Below, piece after piece: positions 53,201 to 61,614 of a DNA stretch of 64,000 nt; positions within the stretch are counted from its first letter, which is position 1; every line of letters starts with the position of its first letter. The notes beneath the pieces were generated by a model. That model had not been told where the DNA came from. It saw nothing but the letters and a program-made list of their open reading frames with translations, and made no database searches. The translations under genes were made by a program, and so were the position numbers. Source of the stretch: Candidatus Cloacimonadota bacterium (GTDB lineage: Bacteria; Cloacimonadota; Cloacimonadia; JGIOTU-2); assembly GCA_049903315.1 (NCBI GenBank), contig JBNGBT010000003.1:160001-224000 (forward strand), given 5' to 3'.

Positions 53201-54083
53201 CAACGGATTGGTACAAGCCTATGATGCTTCTATGATCCTGAAATATCTTGCGGGCTATATTAATCTTGATGCTCTGCAACTTACAGTTGCTGATGTGAGT
53301 CTTGATTCAACAGTTTCTGCTCTTGATGCAACGCTGATTTTGCAGTATGGTGTTGGCATTATTGATACTTTGCCCTATGAACCAGGTCCAGACTACATTG
53401 CAGATGGTGATATCTCAATGGAAGATGCAGCCTATACAGGAATTCCGGTTGAAATACCTCTATATATCACAAATTCGGAAAAGATTTATTCATTCGAAGG
53501 CTTGATCAATTTTGATTCTCAGCTTCTCACATTATTAAGCATTTCTTGGTCAGAATACTTAGATGGATGTAATATTCAATATAATGTAAATGAAGGAGAA
53601 TGTAGGATCGTTGGGGCGGATATCGAACCATACAACCAGAACGGCATATTTGCAACGTTACGATTCTATGTTAATGAGGAATTTGCTCCAAGCGACTCCA
53701 CAATTATCTATTTCGACAGGATGCGCTGGAATGAGAACGATGTAATGTATAATGTCGATCGTGCGAAGATTTTTAACAATTTTGGAATAAATGATCCTCA
53801 TGAGTACGAATTCATACTTCATCAGAATAGTCCAAATCCCTTTACGCATACAACCAAAATTCAATATTCAATCCCATCGGAAAGCTCAGTCTCTCTCAAA
53901 ATATACAATATAAAAGGTGAATTTGTTAAGGAACTTATCGATGATTATAAAGATAAAGGGACATATGAAGTTGCCTGGGATGGGAGAGATAAATATGGAA
54001 ATAAGGTTGTAAGTGGTGTATATTTCTATCAATTTATTAGTGGCGATACAAAAGTAATTAAAAGGATGATACTACTTAACTAA
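50280..54083 (+). CDS. Secreted multidomain protein: beta-helix, 7 FG-GAP/VCBS repeats, ASPIC/UnbV, cohesin, dockerin, cohesin-like, FlgD-Ig/T9SS-type tail
   Basis: TIQ.GID.A..GDTVLV..GTY.ENI; SPCIDAG..DLDGNPR..DMG.YE; seven W.D(Y/F).ND..D.F repeats; GDVDFNG.V...DA..IL dockerin; QN.PNPF...WDG...SGVYFY. Confidence 0.88.
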   Translation: MKSKVIICILSLVLLGIFYTLQADIITVNANGGYQYLTIQDGIDAASNGDTVLVYSGTYIENINFYGKDIIVASLYFSTGDAGYVENTIIDGGGNGFVVHFENGETESALLQGFTITNGYAEDGGGIKCKNASMPVIDHLIITGNAAFDDGGGVACYTNSAMRISNCVFFENVADDNGGGIFLNHSTGLIENCLFYENISNGGSSAIDCWSSDPMIINCSFFNNVSYGWATIGIWDTSSPSILDCIVSNNTGSGFVFHSQSEAIVEFCNCYNNSFGSFSGSVPPGLGVINQVNANNDPCDEFYNIFMDPELIDPINSDFTLFPSSPCIDAGISDTIGFNLPQFDLDGNPRVVDGNGDGLAIIDMGCYEFDGMTNYVFTRITSGDIVNDAGYSHGSSWIDYDNDNDLDLFVANWNDQDNFLYQNDGNGTFTKITNGVVVNDGGKSYGSSWGDFNNDGHIDAFVSNISDQDNFLYQNNGDGTFLKITEGDIVNDGGKSNNCCWGDYNNDGFLDLFIANSGSQNNSLYCNCGDGSFLKITNGILVNDAGQSKGCCWADYNNDGYLDLFVTNSDNQNNYLYCNNGNGTFTKITDGPIVNDGGDSRGGGSWGDYDNDGDLDLFVSNRLQNNFLYCNDGDGTFTKITAGDIVNDGGNSRGSSWADYNNDGYLDLFVSNDGGNNFLYKNNCDGTFTKITDEVITNNDGVSVGCVWGDYDNDGDLDIFVSNFWDDNNYLYKNNGNDNNWINIKCVGTISNKAAIGTKVKVKTILDGSPMWQVREISALNGYSSQNSLNVEFGLESSTLIDSVIVSWPSGTEQILTNTASNQFITITEPFSSPDQIALQIPTVNALPGDTVLMPMNVQFPQDSTFTSAEIQVGGYLGSLEFVELIADCSLVGDAGWLYESNENDSVNTIWMAGSEAISGEGTLIWMKFIIPETAAGFIPIILVDALFDTGVIPVNVTSGGVNVVTPLYGDVDFNGLVQAYDASMILKYLAGYINLDALQLTVADVSLDSTVSALDATLILQYGVGIIDTLPYEPGPDYIADGDISMEDAAYTGIPVEIPLYITNSEKIYSFEGLINFDSQLLTLLSISWSEYLDGCNIQYNVNEGECRIVGADIEPYNQNGIFATLRFYVNEEFAPSDSTIIYFDRMRWNENDVMYNVDRAKIFNNFGINDPHEYEFILHQNSPNPFTHTTKIQYSIPSESSVSLKIYNIKGEFVKELIDDYKDKGTYEVAWDGRDKYGNKVVSGVYFYQFISGDTKVIKRMILLN
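51405..52490 (+). repeat. Seven intragenic FG-GAP tandem repeats (about 54 aa each)
   Basis: Recurrent FTKIT.G.IVND.G.S.G..W.DY.NDG.LDLFV.N....N.LY.N.G.G unit. Confidence 0.85.
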
Positions 54084-54109
54084 ATAGATTCGTTATAATA
54101 GAGCCCGGA

Positions 54110-54904
54110 TCACATTTTAAAGATAGACTTCAGTTTATTTTTCAGTGAACCGGGTTTTTTTCTTTCGTCGAAATAACCTTCAAAATTATGAATGAGTACT
54201 TCGTTGTTTAAAATTCGTTTTGGATTTTCATAGAACAATATTTCAGCAAGGTCTTCAGAATAATTTGAGGCGACAAGATCATAGGTATCTTTCATTAGGA
54301 TAGGGCGCTTTTTAAGACCGTGAACATCGGATGCAATAACATGAACGCAGCCTAGATTCAGCATTTCCAATGCGAGGTCTTTCACGGCATTTCCATAGAC
54401 GCCCAAAATACTGCCGCTGTTCATCTGCACATATATTTCTCTATTTACTATTGTAAGCAGGTAATCGATATTATTCATGAAGGGTGAAAATCTCTCTGCA
54501 TGTGCAATAATTGGTCGAAATCCATTTTGCTGAAAATTAAAGAGGATTTCTTCAAAATTATCAGGAAACCTTTGCAGTGCGGTCTCAATAAGTACATAAT
54601 TACTCTGTGCCAGAGTGAGATCTTCTTTTTTTACTTTGCTTACCAGATCAGGTTCACAATAGAGTTCTGCTCCGGAATGTAGAATCATATTTAGATTATG
54701 TTTTTGTATAAGCTCCCGAACCTCATTGACTTTTTCGGTAATAATCTTGTGAGAGTTTTCATACACACCTGAAATAATGTGTGGAGTGGCGACAAGTTCT
54801 GTTACCCCCTGATCAATGAGCGCTTGTAATATCTCATAACTCTCTTGTAAATCCTGTGCGCCGTCATCGATGCCGGGCAGTACATGAGTGTGAATATCTA
54901 TCAT
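54110..54904 (-). CDS. PHP-family CpsB/CapC-type tyrosine-protein phosphatase
   Basis: MIDIHTHVLPGIDDGA, ATPH, GAE, IAHAER, ASDVH. Confidence 0.9.
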   Translation of the reverse strand: MIDIHTHVLPGIDDGAQDLQESYEILQALIDQGVTELVATPHIISGVYENSHKIITEKVNEVRELIQKHNLNMILHSGAELYCEPDLVSKVKKEDLTLAQSNYVLIETALQRFPDNFEEILFNFQQNGFRPIIAHAERFSPFMNNIDYLLTIVNREIYVQMNSGSILGVYGNAVKDLALEMLNLGCVHVIASDVHGLKKRPILMKDTYDLVASNYSEDLAEILFYENPKRILNNEVLIHNFEGYFDERKKPGSLKNKLKSIFKM

Positions 54905-54909
54905 CTCAA

Positions 54910-55656
54910 CTATAAGTGAATTGCTTCTGCAAAATCTTTGATAAGATTGGTCTGGTCATTCTTTTCTATAGCAGTTCCAATCACTATAAAATCAGCACCT
55001 GCGGATACTTTTTCTCTGGCTTCCTGAGGAGTTTTTATTCCACCGCCGATGATCATTGGTATAGAAATGTTCTCTTTGACTTTCTTTATCATATCTGAAG
55101 GCACAGATTGTTTTGCTCCGCTTCCTCCGTCAAAAAAAATAAGCTTCATACCAAGATATTGTGCAGCAAGTGCGTGTGATACTGCAATATCATATTTGGT
55201 CCTTGGTATTGGAAGGCTGCTGCTCATAAACTGAACTGAAGTGAGTGATCCGGATTCGATAAGGAAGTAACCAGTAGGAATAGCTTCCACATCATATTTT
55301 TTGATAAGAGGAGCTGTCCTAACTTGTTCACCAATAAGCAATTGAGGATTCCTGCTGCTCATCATGCTGAGGAAAAGGATTGCATCTGCATAGGGTGAAA
55401 CAAAATTGAAAATTCCCGGAAAAACGAGTACGGGTATTGTCACTTGTTCTTTTATGACCCTCACGGTTTCATTAAAATTATCTCTAACCATCAAGCTGCC
55501 ACCGACCAAAATGACATCAACACCGCTGAGCTGACATTTTTCTGCAAGCTTTGCGGATTCCGAAGGTGCTTGTGTGTCAGGATCTATGAGACAAAAGAAA
55601 CCCGCTTTTTTCTCATTTTTTAATGAATATAAAAATCGTAATATAGTATCTTTCAT
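54910..55656 (-). CDS. Geranylgeranylglyceryl phosphate synthase (GGGPS, group II-like)
   Basis: LIDPD, ILVGGS, FPG, ADAILFLS..S.RNP..LIGEQ, TGY.LIESG, GSGA, GGGI, GAD.IV.GT. Confidence 0.9.
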   Translation of the reverse strand: MKDTILRFLYSLKNEKKAGFFCLIDPDTQAPSESAKLAEKCQLSGVDVILVGGSLMVRDNFNETVRVIKEQVTIPVLVFPGIFNFVSPYADAILFLSMMSSRNPQLLIGEQVRTAPLIKKYDVEAIPTGYFLIESGSLTSVQFMSSSLPIPRTKYDIAVSHALAAQYLGMKLIFFDGGSGAKQSVPSDMIKKVKENISIPMIIGGGIKTPQEAREKVSAGADFIVIGTAIEKNDQTNLIKDFAEAIHL

Positions 55657-56489
55657 TGCGCCACCCATAAAATAACTAAAAATACAAGCATATGTATTTT
55701 CATAAAACTTTCTGAATATTTTGCCGTCTTTGTGATCGGTTTTATTAAAAGAATTATCAAGTTAATAAAAAGTAATAATAGGATACCGATTAGTAATACA
55801 ATAAAGAATGCTAACGAGTAAAATTCCGGATAACCCCAAATAATTGTTGCTGCGAATCCTATCCAGAACAAAAGTGCCAGGAGAAGGGTTTTTTTGTCAC
55901 CCCACAAAATCGGCAGCGTTTTTGCTTCCGCAGATCTGTCGCCATTCTTATCTTCTATGTCTTTCACAAGTTCTCTTATGATAGTATAAAAAAAAGCACA
56001 GAGTCCTACAAAAAAAGCATTTCTGAGATTACTTGTAATAAAGCTTCCAAAGATAAAGGTTGAAGCGGTCACGAAAGCGACAAGTAGATTTCCCAAGAAA
56101 TGTATTCTTTTACTTTTCCATGCATATATAAAAAGCAGTAATGAATTAAATGCAGCAATTGCGATCATCCAAGGATTGCGCAGAAATATACTGATAATTA
56201 TTCCCAAGGCAAAAAGGCAGATCCCGTAATATTTTGCTTTTAATGGAGTGATCAGTCCAGAAGGCAAAACTCTTTCTTTACGATTGATCATATCGATCGA
56301 ATAGTCATAGTAGTCATTGAGAACGTAACCTCCCCCTGAAATAATCGCTGCAGCAATGCCTGCGAGAAGGGGAAAAAGAAGCGGGAACACTGCTACTTTG
56401 TAGTATGCTCCGAAGAGAACTGCAATCAATACAAAGAAAAAATTCAGCGGTCTGAGAATACGAATATATGCGAAGAAGGTTTTTATCAC
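55653..56489 (-). CDS. Digeranylgeranylglyceryl phosphate synthase (DGGGPS, UbiA family)
   Basis: RPLN, NDYYDYSID.IN...R.LPSG, GN..VA, RELVKDIED..GD....KTLP; GTG start overlapping the upstream stop. Confidence 0.85.
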   Translation of the reverse strand: MIKTFFAYIRILRPLNFFFVLIAVLFGAYYKVAVFPLLFPLLAGIAAAIISGGGYVLNDYYDYSIDMINRKERVLPSGLITPLKAKYYGICLFALGIIISIFLRNPWMIAIAAFNSLLLFIYAWKSKRIHFLGNLLVAFVTASTFIFGSFITSNLRNAFFVGLCAFFYTIIRELVKDIEDKNGDRSAEAKTLPILWGDKKTLLLALLFWIGFAATIIWGYPEFYSLAFFIVLLIGILLLLFINLIILLIKPITKTAKYSESFMKIHMLVFLVILWVAQ

Positions 56490-57376
56490 TAGGGAATTCT
56501 GTCATGAATGCGTTCTACAACATCTAGGAGAACGCTATTGTGTGGTATATATTTGATGATATTCTGTGCGTCTTGGATGAGTTTTTGAGCTTGTCGCTTT
56601 GATTCTTCTATGCCAAGAAGAGTAGGATAGGTGACTTTTTCATTGCGCTGATCTTCGCCGGATTCCTTGTCAAGTATGTCGTCTGCTCCAACCTCATCAA
56701 GGATATCATCTATAACCTGATAAGCAAGCCCGATATTCAACGCAAAGTCGCTCAATGCATTGGTGATCTGCTCAGTAGCGCCTGCGAGAATGCATGCACA
56801 GCGCTCTGCAGAACGGAGAAGTGCCCCGGTTTTTTTGAGATGAATATCCCTCAAAATATGCAGTTTCACTCTTTTTTGCGAGGCTGTAATATCAACAACC
56901 TGTCCGCCGATCATGCCTCTAGTGGATGCTGCTTCGATGAGTTCTTCAAGGCACTGGATCGCTTTTTTGCTATTGCGCAGCTTGAGAACTGTCTCGAATC
57001 CTTTGGTCATAAGTGCATCACCAGCAAGGATAGCTATTGCATTGCCAAATTTCTTATGACAGCTTGCTTTTCCACGTCGCTCATCGGCATTATCAATAAA
57101 AGGGAGGTCATCATGTATCAAAGAGGCGGTATGCAGCATCTCGATTGCACAGGCGACAGGGAGTACTGGCTGCACAGCTCTTTTATCGCGTTTGTTTGCA
57201 AGCATTTCATAGGTTGCCAACATCAATATAGGACGCAGACGTTTTCCTCCAGCCAATACGGAATATCTCATCGCACGATGAATTATCTCGGGTTTTGTGC
57301 TGTCAGAATCGAGATATTTCGAAAGAGCTTTATTGATAAGCTCTCTTCTGCTTTCAAAATATTTATCTAATATCAA
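56489..57376 (-). CDS. Polyprenyl (GGPP-type) diphosphate synthase
   Basis: GGKRLRP, HDDLP..D....RRG FARM, GQ..D, KT, QVIDDILD SARM; AGGAGG SD before TTG. Confidence 0.9.
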   Translation of the reverse strand: MILDKYFESRRELINKALSKYLDSDSTKPEIIHRAMRYSVLAGGKRLRPILMLATYEMLANKRDKRAVQPVLPVACAIEMLHTASLIHDDLPFIDNADERRGKASCHKKFGNAIAILAGDALMTKGFETVLKLRNSKKAIQCLEELIEAASTRGMIGGQVVDITASQKRVKLHILRDIHLKKTGALLRSAERCACILAGATEQITNALSDFALNIGLAYQVIDDILDEVGADDILDKESGEDQRNEKVTYPTLLGIEESKRQAQKLIQDAQNIIKYIPHNSVLLDVVERIHDRIP

Positions 57377-57490
57377 CAATCCTCCTAGGATCAATTTCAT
57401 GTCCCGAAAGGTCGGGTTGAACTTATTGTAAAGTGTAAAAGCTGCAATTTCTTGTCAAATTTTCCAGTTTCAAATCGTATTTAACTTCCT

Positions 57491-59872
57491 TTATAAAAGC
57501 GAAATGGGGTCAATGTCAATCTGCATTTTTATATAGTTTGGAATTTTCACGTTACCCCGGAACCATTCAATAAAGTGGTTGATATTTGGTTGATGTTCAG
57601 CTTTTATTAATATATGATAACGGTATTGTTTCCTGATTTTGCTAATGGGGGCAGGTGTCGGGCTGAGTATAATAAGTTTATCTTTTTGAGGATACTGAGC
57701 GATCTTATATCTGATGCTGTCCATGAAAGCATGAAGCTGCTCTTCATTATTGAGCAGGAAAAGAATCCGAACTAGTTTGGTGAATGGTGGATAATGAAGC
57801 TCCTGTCTGAGGTGAAGCTCGTGCTGATAAAAACCAAAAAAGTTCTGTTTTTGAGCATATTGAATGCTGTAATGTTTCGGATTATAGGTTTGGACGATCA
57901 CCTCACCTTCTTTTTCACTCCGTCCAGCGCGTCCGGCGACCTGAATAATATGCTGGAAATTTCGTTCTGATGCCCTGAAATCCGGCAGATTGAGATTTAC
58001 ATCTGCCGAGACTATTCCAACTAAAGTAATATTCGGGAAATCAAGTCCCTTGATAATCATTTGAGTGCCAAGTAAAATATCAATATATCCGTTGCGTACC
58101 TGGTCAAATACATTTTGGTAACTATTCTTTTTCGTTGTGGTGTCACTATCCATTCGAGCAATTCTTGCAGTGGGGAAAAGAAATTGAAGGTTCTGCTCGA
58201 TCTTCTCGGTGCCCGGGGAACCAAAATTAAAAATGTACCCACCGCATTCAGGACACTTGCGAGGCATGGAGCGTTCATATCCACAATAATGACACTTGAT
58301 CTTTTTGTTTCGCGAATGATAGGTCATGCTGATGTTGCAATCTTTGCATTGAAGTACATGTCCGCACTTTACACACTGCACGTATGAAGCGTATCCTCTC
58401 CTATTCTGAAAGAGAAGGATCTGTTCCTTCTTAAGGAGCCTGTCTTCGATCTTGTTCCTGAGAAGTTGTGAAAAAATCTTCGTATGATCTTCCTCTTCAC
58501 GCATATCAACAACAATCAGCTTGGGCAGTATTTGATTTTTCACTCTTTTGGTCATTTTAAGAAGAGAATACTTCTCATGTTGAGTATTAAAATATGATTC
58601 AAGATAAGGAGTTGCAGTTCCTAAAAGCACCACCGCATTATTCGTTTTTGCTCTCAAAACTGCCATGTCACGTGCATTATAGAGAGGTGGTCGTTCGTGC
58701 TGCTTGTAGGTATTTTCATGTTCTTCATCCACTATAATAAGTCCAAGATTTTCAAGCGGAGCAAAGAGCGCACTCCTTGGACCAATAGCTATCTTTTTTT
58801 CCCCCTTCTTCAATAAATTCCAATAGTGTAAACGCTCTCTGTCGCTAAGCTTGCTGTGTAGAACTGCAATGATATCACCGAAGTGAGAGTAAAATCTCTC
58901 AACTGTCTGGGGAGTTAAGGAAATTTCAGGAATAAGTATTATCGCAGTTTTGCCTTGAGAAAGGCTTTTTTTCATTGCTCGGATATAGACTTCGGTTTTT
59001 CCGCTTGAAGTGACGCCATGAAGAAGAAACGCATGAAAAGTGTGATCATCTATGTGAGTTTCGAGTTTCCCTAAAACCTCAGCTTGTTCTTCAGTAAGTA
59101 CGAAGGTTAGAGGTTCATTCTGCACTATATCCGAGAAAATATCAGGATGAATTTCACGCTTATAGATTTCAACAAGATTTTTCTCTTTTAATTTATTAAT
59201 GATGCTGTAGGAAAATTCTTTTGAAATATCTGCCATGAAGATAGGCTCAGACTGGTTTTGGAGGAAATGGAGGAGCTCCTGTTGTTTGGGACTGAGCACT
59301 TCATCAGAGGAATCTGCTATAAGTTTGATGCAGTTCACGGTTTTCTTCTGTACTTTTCTCTTATAGTGACGTTCGATATCGATGAATCCCTGTTCCTCCA
59401 TGTCGAGAAGGTTTTTGTAAAGGCGAGAAATTTTAGACTTTTTCAAGTCTTCAATCGAACAGGAGTTTCCATTTTTTTCTATAAATTTAATTACCTTTAG
59501 GAAATCTTTATCCTTGGTTTCGGACTTTTTCAGCGTAATTTTCTGTATTGTATTTACGTTGATACCGGCCGGCAGCATTGCTTTGAAAACGAGTCCAATA
59601 GGGCAGTGGTAATATTTTGAAATCCATTTGGCGAAGGTCAGAAGCTCTTTATTGATAAGTGGTTTCTCATCGATAATTTCATGAATTTCTTTTATTTTAT
59701 CTTCATCATATGCAGGTTTTTCTGTAAGTCCTATAATAATCCCTGTCTGGATACGGTAATTGAAACCCACGATCACTCTTTGCCCGATTTTGGGAGAAAT
59801 ACTCTTGGGACAAGAATAGGTGAATGTGTCCTTGATATTAATCGGCAACGCAACTTCGATAAAGATTTTCAT
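57491..59872 (-). CDS. priA: Primosomal protein N' (replication restart helicase)
   Basis: GVTSSGKTE, PEISLTPQ, DEEH, NRRGY, four CxxC pairs, GTQMI.KGLDFP, QVAGRAGR. Confidence 0.95.
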   Translation of the reverse strand: MKIFIEVALPINIKDTFTYSCPKSISPKIGQRVIVGFNYRIQTGIIIGLTEKPAYDEDKIKEIHEIIDEKPLINKELLTFAKWISKYYHCPIGLVFKAMLPAGINVNTIQKITLKKSETKDKDFLKVIKFIEKNGNSCSIEDLKKSKISRLYKNLLDMEEQGFIDIERHYKRKVQKKTVNCIKLIADSSDEVLSPKQQELLHFLQNQSEPIFMADISKEFSYSIINKLKEKNLVEIYKREIHPDIFSDIVQNEPLTFVLTEEQAEVLGKLETHIDDHTFHAFLLHGVTSSGKTEVYIRAMKKSLSQGKTAIILIPEISLTPQTVERFYSHFGDIIAVLHSKLSDRERLHYWNLLKKGEKKIAIGPRSALFAPLENLGLIIVDEEHENTYKQHERPPLYNARDMAVLRAKTNNAVVLLGTATPYLESYFNTQHEKYSLLKMTKRVKNQILPKLIVVDMREEEDHTKIFSQLLRNKIEDRLLKKEQILLFQNRRGYASYVQCVKCGHVLQCKDCNISMTYHSRNKKIKCHYCGYERSMPRKCPECGGYIFNFGSPGTEKIEQNLQFLFPTARIARMDSDTTTKKNSYQNVFDQVRNGYIDILLGTQMIIKGLDFPNITLVGIVSADVNLNLPDFRASERNFQHIIQVAGRAGRSEKEGEVIVQTYNPKHYSIQYAQKQNFFGFYQHELHLRQELHYPPFTKLVRILFLLNNEEQLHAFMDSIRYKIAQYPQKDKLIILSPTPAPISKIRKQYRYHILIKAEHQPNINHFIEWFRGNVKIPNYIKMQIDIDPISLL

Positions 59873-59913
59873 AAATTATTTACATAAAAAAATATTTTTT
59901 CCACTTTTGAAAC

Positions 59914-60279
59914 ATGAATAAAACTTTTGGAACCTTTGGTGAGGACACAGCAACAAAATTCCTGGAAAGCAATGGCTATACAGTGATCGAACGAAATTAC
60001 CATTCTCCATATGGTGAAATAGATATCATTTGCAGCAGGGATGAAGAACTCATTTTTGTAGAAGTCAAAGCACGAAGATCTCATACATTTGGAGAAGCAT
60101 TGGATGCAGTTACAGAGAGCAAAAGACAAAAAATCATTAAAACCGCCTACCACTACCTATCAAAAAAAGACATCGAAATGCCTGTCCGATTTGACATAAT
60201 TACGCTTGATTATAACAAAAATTCAAAGGAATATTCGCTGCGTCACATTAAAAATGCATTTCTCGGAGAGGATTACTGA
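59914..60279 (+). CDS. yraN: YraN/UPF0102 family endonuclease-like protein
   Basis: G..GE..A..FL, RNY....GEIDII, FVEVKAR, RFD. Confidence 0.9.
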   Translation: MNKTFGTFGEDTATKFLESNGYTVIERNYHSPYGEIDIICSRDEELIFVEVKARRSHTFGEALDAVTESKRQKIIKTAYHYLSKKDIEMPVRFDIITLDYNKNSKEYSLRHIKNAFLGEDY

Positions 60280-61614
60280 TCACTGCAGCTCATTTTCGTC
60301 GAAGTAAGGTCCTAAATAATCTTTCCAGTCCGGAACAGTAAACTCGAAATCATCGTTATCCACATACACAAGCTTATAATTTCCCATCTTTGTGAAATCC
60401 ACAAATACATAGATACGCTTTCCACCAATATAATATTTCCATATGATGTACGGTTTTGCATCGTATTCATAACTCTTATCAATCACTTCTTCCGGTTTGC
60501 CTTGACGAATGTAAATTCTACCTCTGTCAGATTTCCAGCCATCTCCGTAATGAGAAAAATTCCTGTTCGTATAGTTCACCCGGCGAATGATCTCTTCTTT
60601 ATATTCATTCTGTTCTGTCTTTGGATTTGGATCGTTCTGCTCCCAAAAACGCTTCAGAAATTCAGCGCGTCCTTCATCATCAAGATTCTCATATACACTC
60701 TCTTCATAGTTTGTCAGAAAATATTTGGCATACCGGTACTCTTTATCGATTTCCGCCTGCGAAATAGCTTGCTGGCTCTCTTGAATGAAAATTAAATCTT
60801 CCCGAGATGCAATTGGTTCATCAGGATTATCTTTGGAATAAAGGTTGAGGGTGAGAAGATATGTACCGGTTTCCCATTGTGAAATAGGTATCCATTTCCA
60901 GAATGGTTTTGTCTTCAACGTTGATGAGAACTTCTTCTCTTCATTATACACGGAGTTTTGATCTTTGTTCTCAATGCTTAAAACCCATGTCCCTTCCAGG
61001 GGATTCTCGAAGGTTGAAACGTTTTGAAAAACTTCAAAATAATAAGTAAAGCCCTCATCCTTCTCAAGTTCGAAAAGATGATTTGGGTTTACAAGGAAGA
61101 GGATATTATTTCGTTTGAAGTCCTGAAATTCTGCTGTTGAATCACTTTGATGAAAAGAGCTTATCTCAATATCACTGAGATTCATATGAGTGTAATCGAG
61201 AGTATTATATGTTTTTTCCCAGGTGATGCTCTCTGAGTTCACACGATCCTGGATGTTAATTGAAAACTTATATAACCCCGGTGTTACAGTAGCTTTCATT
61301 TTATCAATAAAAAACTCATCGTGATAAATGGAGGTTTTATCAAGATCAACCTTGATTTGCCTGATAAAATCTTTGTTATACAGTTCCTGTCCTTGCGCAT
61401 TATAGATATTAAAATTTACATGCAATTGTGCCATAAGGATATTGTCCTGTGCAGTAAAATCAAGGTCAGAATCAAAAACTTTGTAGGTTATCTCGAAGGT
61501 TGTATTTCCATTTTCTGCAGGAAAACGGTTACAGTCAAAATACACATTCAATTCCGCAATGAGAAATATTGGGATGAACACAAGTAGAAGTGTAAATAAT
61601 AATTTATTTTTCAT
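60280..61614 (-). CDS. GWxTD domain-containing secreted protein
   Basis: Signal peptide; FW...DP.P.T..NE....R..Y.N..F....GWKSDRG.IYI..G.P. Confidence 0.85.
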   Translation of the reverse strand: MKNKLLFTLLLVFIPIFLIAELNVYFDCNRFPAENGNTTFEITYKVFDSDLDFTAQDNILMAQLHVNFNIYNAQGQELYNKDFIRQIKVDLDKTSIYHDEFFIDKMKATVTPGLYKFSINIQDRVNSESITWEKTYNTLDYTHMNLSDIEISSFHQSDSTAEFQDFKRNNILFLVNPNHLFELEKDEGFTYYFEVFQNVSTFENPLEGTWVLSIENKDQNSVYNEEKKFSSTLKTKPFWKWIPISQWETGTYLLTLNLYSKDNPDEPIASREDLIFIQESQQAISQAEIDKEYRYAKYFLTNYEESVYENLDDEGRAEFLKRFWEQNDPNPKTEQNEYKEEIIRRVNYTNRNFSHYGDGWKSDRGRIYIRQGKPEEVIDKSYEYDAKPYIIWKYYIGGKRIYVFVDFTKMGNYKLVYVDNDDFEFTVPDWKDYLGPYFDENELQ

